The notes beneath the pieces were generated by a model that searched no databases, had not been told where the DNA came from, and was given only the letters and a program-made list of their open reading frames with translations. From Salisapilia sapeloensis CBS 127946 (lineage: Eukaryota > Protista > Oomycota): DNA of 47,037 nt. The stretch lies in NCBI GenBank assembly GCA_023334545.1, contig JAADVB010000151.1, positions 1 through 47,037 of the forward strand, given 5' to 3'. Below, piece after piece: positions 1 through 11,138 of the stretch (its first letter is position 1; each line of letters begins with the position of its first letter). The position numbers and the translations under genes are program-made.

Positions 1-1
1 A

Positions 2-235
2 ACTAGCGCAAGTAAATCGAATGCACCTTCAACTTGGATGACTGCCGACGATCTACCGCGATACGCTCGACACGATTCCCACGAAAACATGACAGAGGAA
101 CATACGATACACGTGGATAGGAATGGAAAGGTAAAGAGCGACGTTAGAGTAAGGGAAATTGCCAAAGAGTTAGGTTATGATTCCTCTTACAATTCGTCCA
201 TGTTTGTTTTACGATACCTACTATGCCTTGTATAA
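2..235 (+). CDS. Possible 3' end of a gene or ORF running in from the left window edge (unidentified)
   Basis: The frame of ORF 38..235 is open from position 2 (TSASKSNAPSTWMTADDLPR...) to TAA at 233-235, and AT-rich UTR-like sequence follows. No family recognised. Confidence 0.25.
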   Translation, partial: TSASKSNAPSTWMTADDLPRYARHDSHENMTEEHTIHVDRNGKVKSDVRVREIAKELGYDSSYNSSMFVLRYLLCLV

Positions 236-944
236 TATTCGATTTTCTGTTGAATAAACACCACCTTTTTTATTCTTGCTTACTTTTGGTTATGCTGTCA
301 GATTGACTTTTAGATACACTGACAATTTGCCCTAAAACAGTACCCTGACTCCTTTGCTCTTTTCATTATGGCTATGATATATAGAGATTAATGAAACAAT
401 GGGAAAGAAAATTCCTAAACGCGTCTATAATCAATTCTTTTATTTATATTGTGCCTTTTAGTAAAATTGGTCGATTTGGATCGATTTGACTGTAGGTTTC
501 AATTCGGCGCTAGTATTTTACTGGCTTTTATTGGTTAAAATTAAGCTATTTAAACTAATCAGATCGCGAAGAATGTGGATCGTCTATTATGACTCAAAAT
601 ATATAAGAAAATGTATAGTAGGATCGATTCTCGGACCGATACCGGACATTTTGAATGCAACTCACAATACTAAGCAAGAATTAATCTGCATCAACCTGTA
701 GAGCCCACTTCTAATGGGCTTAACCGTTTTGGATAATGGCGAGTAGATTGCTCGACGTCTACATAGTCCTAAGACTGGAAATTCATCGCAAGTGTCTTCC
801 AGAGCCAGCAATGAAATTTAAACGCGCTGCAGTCTTTTCAACTTAAGCTTAAGTTACCATACATTGTGTATGAATGTAAGCGCAAAAGATACATTTTTCA
901 TTCATAAACGTAAACATGGACAACTTGTTGACTTTTAACTACGC

Positions 945-2132
945 TTAGCTGCTAATACTGATGCTCTTAGAAAAAGAAGCTGACATAGAAGCTGATGCGG
1001 AGTTTGTGTTCATCTTCGCTCGAAGCTCATCACTCCTCAGTGCTCTAGCATCCATTCGCACCGCTTCATACAGACACGGAGAGCAAAAGACAACATCTAG
1101 CTTGCTCATCTCGTTGTCTTGAGTGATCTCATACATGCGCTTCTTCACTTGACAATCATTGCAGAGCAAATGGTAGCAAAGACGGCAAAACTTTGCGTTT
1201 GATGGCAGTTTCGAGTCGCAGACGGTACAGCTCCGATTATTAGTTTCCGCATACCGCTCCTCCTTGCTGCGTACATGCACCAACCACGTCAGTTTTCTCA
1301 TGATTCCGCGTTCGACATGCCGGGATGCTGTGTTCGCTATCACCTTTCCGTACGCATTTAGTACAACAGGACGGAGAATCTTTTTCGGTGAATTTGCGAG
1401 CCCTCGACTGAATGTTTCCAAAACACCGTCACTCTTTTGTCGCGCCATGTAACACAAGGCAATATTACTCCAAGAAGCTCCTTCAAGATATGATGTTTCA
1501 GGAAAGCTGACGCTGTGCGCGAGTAAGAACCCGACCCTTTCGCCACTTCGAAGTGTTCGGAAGCCTGTCAAGTCCATGTAGACAAAGTCTAGATCTTTGG
1601 CAACGTAGTTGACTAGCCCATCAAAGTCGTTTGTTCGATATTTGACGACGAATGTGTCGTAGGGATCTTCCGGTGTCGGTGATTTAATCGTTGCTAAGAT
1701 ACATTTCTTCTTTGCGTTGTCCTGGACATACGCAGTCTTTAACCGAAAGTCTGCAAGCGTGCTCGCTTCTACTCCATTCATAAAATCGTCCAGAGTACCA
1801 TTAATAGTACCGATGCCTTGCATGTCGATCAGACCTTCCGTATCCTCCGCCATGCCCACTTTGATATTCGATTTTTTGTTGATACCAAGTAGACTACTCA
1901 GAGGATCTGCATCTTTGCGTCGTGCATACACGTGAACATTTTCATTCTGACGAGTGTGCTTCCATTTCGACTTATCGCTGAAATCATCGCCAGAGTCGGC
2001 GAGGTAGTCTTCGTAAGCAGCGAGGTGGCCTTGGACTAAACTTTCTGCATATTCACGTAACTGAATTTTTTCCTCGTCAGACAGAATTAACGGTGGAAAT
2101 GGATTTGCGAACAGAGTATCGGAATTAGGCAT
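945..2132 (-). CDS. START-like domain + FYVE-type zinc finger protein (oomycete-expanded family)
   Basis: Single 395-aa ORF. The N-terminal LPPLILSDEE...W..T...ENVHVY and GTLDDFMNG segments are typical of the oomycete START-like/FYVE family. The C-terminal 8-Cys finger is CTVC..CRLC..LCNDC..FCSPC. Confidence 0.8.
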   Translation of the reverse strand: MPNSDTLFANPFPPLILSDEEKIQLREYAESLVQGHLAAYEDYLADSGDDFSDKSKWKHTRQNENVHVYARRKDADPLSSLLGINKKSNIKVGMAEDTEGLIDMQGIGTINGTLDDFMNGVEASTLADFRLKTAYVQDNAKKKCILATIKSPTPEDPYDTFVVKYRTNDFDGLVNYVAKDLDFVYMDLTGFRTLRSGERVGFLLAHSVSFPETSYLEGASWSNIALCYMARQKSDGVLETFSRGLANSPKKILRPVVLNAYGKVIANTASRHVERGIMRKLTWLVHVRSKEERYAETNNRSCTVCDSKLPSNAKFCRLCYHLLCNDCQVKKRMYEITQDNEMSKLDVVFCSPCLYEAVRMDARALRSDELRAKMNTNSASASMSASFSKSISISS

Positions 2133-2950
2133 ATCACACTCGTGTGTTGGGTTTCGGAGAATTAACGAAATGAACTGATCACCAACGAAAGATTAGTAGC
2201 TGAAAGACTGACGTCAATGTGTCGCATTGACACTTGAAGAGGTTACTTATATAGTTACATCCTACTGTTTATCATAAAAGAATCAATTTCCATTGCGTCA
2301 ATGCCCTGCTATGTGTCATTTAGGCATTCTGGAGAAGAAGCAAAAGGTTATGGTCTTTGATTGGGCCCTCGCTATCGTTATGGGAGCATCACATTGACTC
2401 CAAGTGATGCCATGCTTCTTGTAGCTTGTGTGCCACGAGCTCTAATGTATAATAGGGCGGAAGACCAGGTATAATTCCCCGGTTTTTGCAGCGAGCTGAA
2501 CGGAAGATAGCGGGAAACATGTGGCATACTTGACAGGCGACTCAGATGCACTAGTGAAAAGTTGAATGAAAAGACCAATTTACATATATCTGAATGTTAA
2601 TGGATTCTTCTGATTCTTCTGCCTCTTCAAGCCCATGATCTTTGTTACCGCTCTCCATGGTTTTGACTACCTTATAACTTCAACAAGTCTATGAGATGGA
2701 GGTACCATTCTGCACTTTTGCATGGAACGTTTCCCACTTCTATCTCTTTGTCATCGATCACCTAACTAGTTTGATGTTAGTTTACGTGTTCAAAATGTCT
2801 ACCACACACTCATGACCGTACAATAATCATCAGAAACTGTGCATTCGACTCAAGGTGGGAAACCAAAATAATTTTTGTTCTATTTTCTTTTCTTGCTAAA
2901 GTTGGTACCTCCACGGTACAACGAAGACAACCACTACCGAGATAATCGCC

Positions 2951-5669
2951 ATGAGCTCGAGTACGTTTGGTGCTCGGATTGCGCAGGTGCTAGAGTTTGC
3001 CGATGCACGCGGACCAGAGCTGCAAGCTTTGCATGAAACTGCAAGCTGTGCACAATTGGCGACTGATGGAGAGATTAAGATAGAAACGCAGAGGCGGCTA
3101 CGACGGCGGCGAGCCAATGCATTTAAAGCCTATCGTCTTCCCCGTCGACTTCGTACGGATAAACCATCCCAATCGGAGAATCGCCAAGAAGAAGAGTACA
3201 TAGGACTATCTGCTAAAAAGCAGTTGACACAAACGTCGGAGCCGCTAGTACAGCCAAGTGACCCATCTACACGCAGCCGAAAGCATCGTCGTCGGCCACA
3301 GCAACTGGCGATTGAACGCTCTTGGCAGCACACCCAGGCTGTAAATGCACAGAGTAATGGTGAGCAAGCTTCCAAGAATGTTTGGTTAGCAACGCATCTA
3401 TGGCACGCCAAGCGGATGCACATGGCATCTCGATATGGAATGCAATTGCCTACTAGACGATGCGACAAATCCGTCTCTGCTTCCCTCCAGGTTCTGCCAT
3501 CTCTGCTTTAGTAAATACTGACAAGATTTAAACTCAGCGACGATGTCTAGGCCCTACGTCAGAAAGCCACCGTGCACGATATGTCGTACTACGGTCTTTT
3601 GGAATTGGATGGACGAGCTCAGCTGATCCTGGAAGTCCTGGAGCTCGTTACAGTACACATTTCATTGTTCTACTAAAAAGCTTATCTGATGCAGTTTTAT
3701 AGGATCCTGGTGCGTCGGACCTCGAGGATGAATCGATCGTGTTAGGAAAACAAGAAGGACAGAGCATGCTGTATCACGCGAACGAGTTTCCGCGCTGTGC
3801 GATTTGTCCTGTGAAGTTTATGTGGCTTCCTCAACGTTCCGATCAGAAGGATGCTTCTGATATCGAGCCGCTATCGGACGATTGGAAGAATTCGAGACGT
3901 CAGGTCTGGCTGTGGATCCACTCTGCTTCCTTTGTCGAAGCAGCGAATGCAATCGGATCTGCTTGTCGAGCTGTTGTTTCTCCTAATGAAAGCATCTTTG
4001 TCTTGGACCGACGCGGAGAACTGTGTCGATTCAAGCTACGTGGTAAGGAATCTGCATCTATCTTGCGTACGCTGCTGCAACAGCCGAAAGCAGCTCATAG
4101 GGATGATACTCCCGACCTGGATGTGGATGCGAAAGATCTAGGTGGATACACGCCCAATGATGTCATGACGTTTGGTCTCCACAATTTAGGTATATTCCAG
4201 CGGGACCTTAACGCAACGTCGAATAAAAATGGAGTAGTGTACTCTGTTGTCGCACAAGACCCACGAGTGCGTCATAAACGGGAAGAAGAGAAAGCGACGG
4301 CGTGGTCTAGCTCGCTGTCTCTATTACAGGAACCAAACGCTAGTTTTACGGATGTTACGTGCCCAGTGTCTGGGGTGTCTCTAACGACGACTCAGAGTGG
4401 GGATGATGAGCCAGATACGGCGTTAATCCTCCAGCAACTCGACCACATAACATCGTGGACTCGACAGGCAGAAAGCAACGGAAACGATCCCAAGGCGACG
4501 TACCCTAACGTACCCCCACATAAAGTGCAAATATGCTCAGATGACGTAGAGATGACCAACGCTGATGAGAATACCTGTCACCCGTGCTCACTCTTGTGCT
4601 CGGTGTCTGGACGTAAAGATATCGCCGACGCTTTCCGTCCTGATGACGAATTGAATCAGGAACTGTATGAGGAGCGTCGACAGCACCGTTTGGGAGCACC
4701 CAGTCGATCTATGGAGTTGAGATCCAAGCATGATGGGAAGTTGCATCTGATGCTGATATATCAAAAGGATAAATTTCCTAGCACGGGTGGATGGGACATG
4801 ATCATGTCTCCTGCATACGCACCTTCCCTCCTGCACGCTTTATCATTTGCTGGGGCTCTTGTCGTTGGTCTTGAGGAAGATGAGGCGCTATCTACTGTCG
4901 TGAACGAATGCAGCTTCCCTAGAGACTATCCTGACACGAAAGCAGGTGAAGCGTATTGGAAAGAGCTTGCGTCTGACTTGGAAAAGAAAGATAAAAATCG
5001 TCCGAAGGGAAAGCGATATTTGTACGAAAAGGATGGAGTGTCTAATCCTTTTCAACCGGAGTGGCATCACCTCTTCTCAAGTGACGAAGACACAGAGGAA
5101 TCGTTCTGTGTTTTACGTGGTAAAGACTACTTGGAACCATTCGGCTTCCATGGCGTTGATGAAGAGGACGAAGAGCGAGAAGTAGTGCCAATGGCGATCC
5201 CAACATTGATCCGCGTGACCATACTCTTCCCTCGACGTGGTCGAGTGGAACCAAATGCAATGGTATGCATTTACGTCGACAGTATATATTCTCTAGTAGA
5301 CTAACTCGTTCATCAGTTGTTTGCACCAACACCGGATGAACAAAAGTTGTATGCGACTCGATCCAATTGGCACGGGACAGAAGTGAAGAAAGGAAGCAAG
5401 AAACAGGTTGGTCGATCATACTACATATACCAAAGTCTATAAAACGAATGAAATGTATATAGGTGAAGAATCGAGATGTTATCGGGTATGTGACATCCGC
5501 CATATATGACAAGCCGAAAGGAGCGTATCGAGCAATCGGATTTTGTGAGTGCGATCGACTACAACATCTTGCTATCTCTCAGTCGACTCCAGAAGGATAT
5601 ATGGTTATGCTGCTTCCACCTCGTGGGAACATCTATCGCCCCGTCTTGCTCCACATCGAAGCCAACTAG
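2951..5669 (+). CDS. POP1: POP1, protein subunit of RNase P/MRP (5 exons, about 832 aa)
   Basis: Exons 2951-3490, 3551-3652, 3703-5262, 5317-5406 and 5463-5669 splice in frame at GT-AG sites. Motifs: WLATHLWHAKRMHM, HDMSYYGLLEL.G, GWDMIMSP...FPRDYPD (POPLD-like), RPKGKR..Y...NPF.PEW, IGYVTS. Confidence 0.92.
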
Positions 5670-5746
5670 TGTAGTTTTGGACCAACAGATTGGAAAACGC
5701 ATGGTTAGACATAAACAACAGGACTTGAAATCTCGCCTGCTTCGCA

Positions 5747-7701
5747 TTAGTCGACCGATTCAAAATTGCCATCCCCACCTTGCGCTCTTTCACTGTCCAT
5801 CGCATCGTCTTCCGCATTTTCTTCTGACGGAGCGACGTTGTCGTCCACATGCTCCGCTGCATTTACGCCTTCAACCTCATCTCCATCGTTTGACGAGCTG
5901 TCTGCCTCGTCATTCTCTCCTTCACTCGAACTGCTACAGCTCTCTGCTTTCGAGCCAGGGTACAAGTGTCGTGAAGGAGGTACCAATTCAAACGTCAGTG
6001 GGGCTTTCTCCTTTTCTTCTACCTGTGGCGGATGACCACATTGCTCTAGGACAGTCGGATCCGGTCGAGGTAACACCCACCCCAGCTGTCGACAAAGCTC
6101 ATCGACAATGTCATCCGAGTAGCCTAGCAAGTCGACGTCAAACTTGTGTGGTCGGCCCACTGGTTCCCTACAACATCTATAAGTTTCTTCACGACAGCAA
6201 GTGTATCCATGTGACGTACCTGTTGATTAGAACCATGGGAGTGGATGGAGCGATTCGACTAACGATGCCACGGACAGGGTTTACTTTTAATGAAGAGCCC
6301 ATGACGAGCACAAGGTCTGCATTGCGTTCATCTCGTTCAATCGAGTCATGGAAGCGTTTCGGCAAGGACTCGCCAAAGAAGACAATGTCAGGTTTAATGA
6401 CCCCGTCTTCCGATTGACATGCTTGACACATTGGTACACGCTGGTTCTCTACGTCATCACGAATGTCTTCGCTCGAGTACAATTTCTTGCAATGGAGGCA
6501 GGTGGCGGTCGCAAAGGATCCGTGGCATTGGATGCACTTGTCATGAGAAATACCGGCTGCCTGTTCTAACATGTCAATGTTCTGGCTGTACACACGCAGA
6601 AGTTTGCCTTTTTCTTCCAGTAGCTTAAGGAAGTAGTGGCTCCTGCAAACATGAAACGTGAGAATGGGGATGTAGTATCATGATGAAGTGTCTTACTTGG
6701 ATGGAACGAACGTGAAGCCATTAGCTTTCGGGAATAGTTCCTTTGCAAAGGCAAAGAACGGTCGAGGGTTTGTCCGGAAGAACTCGATGTCTACAAGGAG
6801 ATGCTTGTAAGTATAGGAAGAGCATGTTGTGTAAAGTAGATCATACCGAACATGCACTGCGGATTCGGCAAGTTGTACTCACCCAGTCTCTATATGTGTC
6901 GCATGTTGATATACCAATATTTTATCCAGATTTCCAAATGACATGCGACGTACATTGTATATGCCATTCTCAGAGCGAAAGTCTGGAATGCCACAGGATA
7001 CAGAAATCCCAGCTCCTGCTAAAACGACGATACGTTTGGACGTCTGTAGCAACTGGACAACGTCTTGGACTGTATTGATGTGACTAAGCTTCTCTCGTGG
7101 CTGTGCAAAAGCGGTAAGCAACGGACTAGAGCAGAATACGACAATACGATAACGTACTGGAGCCGAAGGCTGGATCAAGCGGAAGCCCATGGACATGATG
7201 GCATCCCACAGCTCGTCATCGTCGATAGCCACGCCATCGGCGATGCTAAGTCCAAGTGTTTCTAGCACTTGCCCTGGTAAGACGCCTGCGGCTTTCTAAA
7301 CTCTCATATTACTTTGTGTTCTAAAATAGGCGTTTCTGGCACTCTACCTGCTGCATGATCCACATGAGGAATGCATCTTCTTTTGATGTGGTAGATGAGG
7401 AAGAAAATAACGCGGGTGATTCCGAGTCTTCACCTTCACTGTTTGCGAGTCCATTGTCTTCGCTACTGACATTTCCTTCAGTTCCCATAACGTCTGTTGG
7501 TACGGCCGGTGTCGCTGTATTCGTCTCTTCTTCGTCATCAGAAGATCGATGCTTTTTAGATGGAGGGGGCGTCGAATGCTGATTCAGACTCTGACTTCGA
7601 TCACGACTTGTGGAGCTAGTTGTGGATCCGACTGGGCTTGGAGCTGCTGAAGCACCTAGTGTGATCCCGTTGTCGCCATCCACATTCGTGTAGTTGCTCA
7701 T
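5747..7701 (-). CDS. SIR2: NAD+-dependent protein deacetylase, class I sirtuin (Sir2/SIRT1-like), multi-exon
   Basis: Motifs spread across exons: [28 protein letters not shown] (catalytic His), Zn-binding [29 protein letters not shown]...FDVDLLG. Mapped introns include 7296-7347 and 7101-7157. The termini are acidic/Ser-rich. Confidence 0.95.
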
Positions 7702-7926
7702 AATGAAGTTAAGTTGAAGTTGTTGATGCGGCGAATTTGAAACGGACCAAAGTAGTTCTAAAGTAAGGATATGGGCTGCTGTTCGTAGGCGACCAGGGTG
7801 CTCGTTGTGGGCGGGGAAATATCAATACGGCAACGATAGCGGCTTTAGGTAGCGATAGAGGTGGTACACGGCGGTTGTAGACGGTTGCGGACGCTGGCAG
7901 AAGCTCAAGTGATCGCTGGTCACTGG

Positions 7927-7996
7927 TTATTCCTGCGTTTCGCTTTTTGTTGTCATGGGTAAGAAAAGAAGAAAGAAAAGAAATTTAGGTGATTGG
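7927..7996 (-). promoter_or_regulatory. CCAAT box, pyrimidine tract and 9-aa uORF upstream of the sirtuin
   Basis: On the minus strand: CCAAT at 7996-7992, then a T/C tract, then ATG-ACA-ACA-AAA-AGC-GAA-ACG-CAG-GAA-TAA at 7956-7927, about 225 nt before the sirtuin ATG. The transcription start is unknown. Confidence 0.3.
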
Positions 7997-8581
7997 TGGA
8001 AAATATGAAGCGGGAGCTCTTGGATGCATTATTGCGTATCATGAGAAGACGTGAGTATCTATTGCTTAGACGTATTAGAAAGCAAAGTTAGCAAAAGTAA
8101 AGGACAAAGCAGCTAAAGGAACTTATGCATTAAATGGGATAGTATGACGATATGATGTTAATGCAAATGCCCAATGCAATTGATTGCAAACTCCATCATG
8201 ATGGATTCAAAGACAAAAGGATGCTTGAAGTCCATCGCGATCCACTAGGCGAAAGTAAGACGAGTGGATACAAGGGCAAATTTTTTGTTGGGAGATCCAA
8301 ATTCCTACTTTGTGCTGCTTCCGAACAAGTCATTTAAATCCAAATTACGATTTCGTGATAAGTTGTCGTATGTCAGTGCTTTCGAATAGAAACTTCTCTC
8401 GCTTGCCTCGAATAAAGACTTCTGTTGCAGATATAAAATAAATCTGGTAGTCTTCTTAAACAGATGTGCAAAAGGTATGTTGGTCTCGTTCCTAGATTAC
8501 CATAAATAGACATTTCTGCTGCGTCGTTTCAAAATATCATTGCGAATAGCTATCACATATTTTCATCCTTTGATCATCTCC

Positions 8582-10716
8582 ATGGCGGGTGATAGTGGCA
8601 TAGGAAAAAATGCTCCTTCACCAACTATTGCTAAGTCGTCTTCGGAAAGTTCGATTGCCAAGAGGAAGCTTTCAAGTAAAATTGATCAAGAGCTACTACT
8701 GCTAGAGCGTGACGAAGGAAATCGACACTCTCGACAGCTCTCCGAATATTTTAACGAATATGCTAAGAAGATTGAACAAGTGCAGTCGAAAAATCGTCTT
8801 TTGGAGGAAGAGGTATGGATGCTCCCGGCCTGTTTCAATGGGCATATCTTTTAGGACACAACTTACAAGATAGCATAGTTATCTTTTGACAGCGGGATTA
8901 ATCGAAATGATCCATACTTCAGCGAAGAAGTCTCAGAGAAGATATGTCAGCTTGATACCCAAGGAAATCAAGTCATGGTCCGACTTGAACTTTGCCGAAA
9001 AGAAGTAGCTCGATTAAACAATTTAATCAAACGTTATGAAGGCTCGCTCGCTCATCAAAGGAGCAAATTGTATGAACTTGCTGCATTCGATCACAATCAC
9101 AATGTTCTTTTCTCTCGCGTACGCAAGATGGAAAATGAGATTGACCGTCGAATCGTCCGAATGAATGAAAAGCTAAGCAATAACCGGAAACTTCGAGCTG
9201 CGGTCGACGCTCAGCGTAGTGAAAGGGCGCGAATGGATGCGATATATACCAAGATAGCGACTGAATCCCTCTCAAAACGACACAAGGTAGAAAAGTTGAA
9301 CGCGGAGGTGAATGAGCTTCGGCAAGAAGTGGCTGAAATTGAACAGCAACTGGAAGATATTCGTCAAGAAGGAGAAGATTGGGAGATGGAATGTGATAAG
9401 AAAGCAACAGCAATATTGCAGGAGATAAAAGAGATTGCAATCGGCCAGCACACCGTTAATATAGATATGACAGAACAAGAGGAAAAGGAGACGGAGGAAG
9501 AAGCATCTACACCGACACTTTTAGAAAGTAATCAAGACGTAAGCAGGTCTACGATTTCTCGTGGCCGATGGAAGATCGGACAAACGCATGTCGTCACAGA
9601 CGTAGCATTGACCAAATACCAAGAGAACCGCAGCATTATTGAAAAAATAAACGAAGTTACTGGCACAACGACCGTATCGGGGATGATCGAGGCCTTTAAA
9701 AATCAAGGTTTGGTGCAAAGAGTCTAGTGATGGACGATATGGCTAAATGTCACTGTAGAATCTGAGCAGTTTGAGCAGATCCAACGAGTAAATCAACTGG
9801 CTGAAGAAATTGAATCACACCGGACGGTGAGCTCAAGACTACGGGAAGAGATTGGAAAGCATGTGTGCATGCATTCGTCTGTTCCACGCAGGAATTAATA
9901 TAAATATATGCATATAGGCTAAAGCAGCGCAAAGACTCAGCCGACTTTCAGAGGCTACATCGTATTAAAGGACTCCATGCTCGACTTCAGGTACGTATCT
10001 ATTCTCTAAATGAGAACCTTTGATCAATATTCATCATGTATGGGTACAGTCGAGCTTGGATCAAAAGAGTCGAAAAGATGAAGCAAATGGGGAATTGCAA
10101 TCTTTTCTTGCAGCCTTAAGACCTACTCTGTTACTCTTCCACTCCCGCATTGGATGTCCAGAAAACCACAGTATGTAGACAAAGTATACCAAGCTTGCAG
10201 AGTATTTATTCGCAAGTAGGTGAACACGACATTAAGACTCTCTTGGGTGATATCGAAGAGCAAGTACTATCCATTTTGCAAAAGTACCATGCCAAGGTCA
10301 ATGCCAAGCACATTGATGAGGATTCAGGAGACACTGTTGGGGCTGAACAAAAAAGAACTTCCTCGCGTGTGAGTACGTCAATGGATCCTGGATACTACGC
10401 CAGAAACGGGCAGTCGCATGGAACGACAAATGAAGACCATTGGGATATATTTCATGCGCCCTCTCCTCTCGACGCTATCACCAAGTTGCAGGCAGATGTG
10501 AGCAATCATACAGCAACATCCGAATCTGCTTCCCCAGATGCAAAACCGACGGCGACAGTATTGGCGAAAGATCAACCATATCGCTATCGAGGTTTGCGGC
10601 CTCCACATCTATCCGTCGATGAGTTAAGAAAGAAAGACAATGTGGAAGAAGAGTATCCATTAACGTATGGCGAACTGAAGGACCGTGTATGGCAAACAAA
10701 TAACAACAGTCCATAG
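8582..10716 (+). CDS. Outer dynein arm docking-complex coiled-coil protein, ODAD1/CCDC114/ODA-DC2-like (multi-exon)
   Basis: RKMENEIDRRIVRMNEKLSNNRKLRAAVDAQRSER...IYTKI resembles the DC2 coiled coil. IEAFKNQESEQFEQIQRVNQLAEEIE, IKTLLGDIEEQVLSILQ and the C-terminal YPLTYGELK also fit. Introns 8813-8878 and 9708-9758 are in frame; junctions at 9.85-10.2 kb are uncertain. Confidence 0.7.
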
Positions 10717-11138
10717 CTGCAGCTTTTGTATTTGCATCTTTTTTATTGCCACATCGAGCGTTTCGATTGATAGGAGCAGCCATGGAAATTTCCTACTGAC
10801 CCTTCATCCACGTTTGTATGGTCACTTACATAGATACTGGCAGGATATCTGATCTTTGTGTACGATTAGGCAGATGAAGAGTCTTTAACTACATTTTGAT
10901 CGTAGTATATTTAATTCCCTTTCTTTATGACACCACAGAAGCTCTAAATCAAAATGTGACTATTCGTTTCTCGTACGTACCGAGCAGAAACCTGGTAGAG
11001 ATCAACAGACACATGGAAACTGCTTGTTACGAGACGCTTTGCACTAGAAGAACGTTTCAAGTTTCTGCCACAAGGGACCCCACCTCGGACTATCGATTTC
11101 CAGCCATCGCGATCTTCGAACAGTCCTCTTGCTAATCA

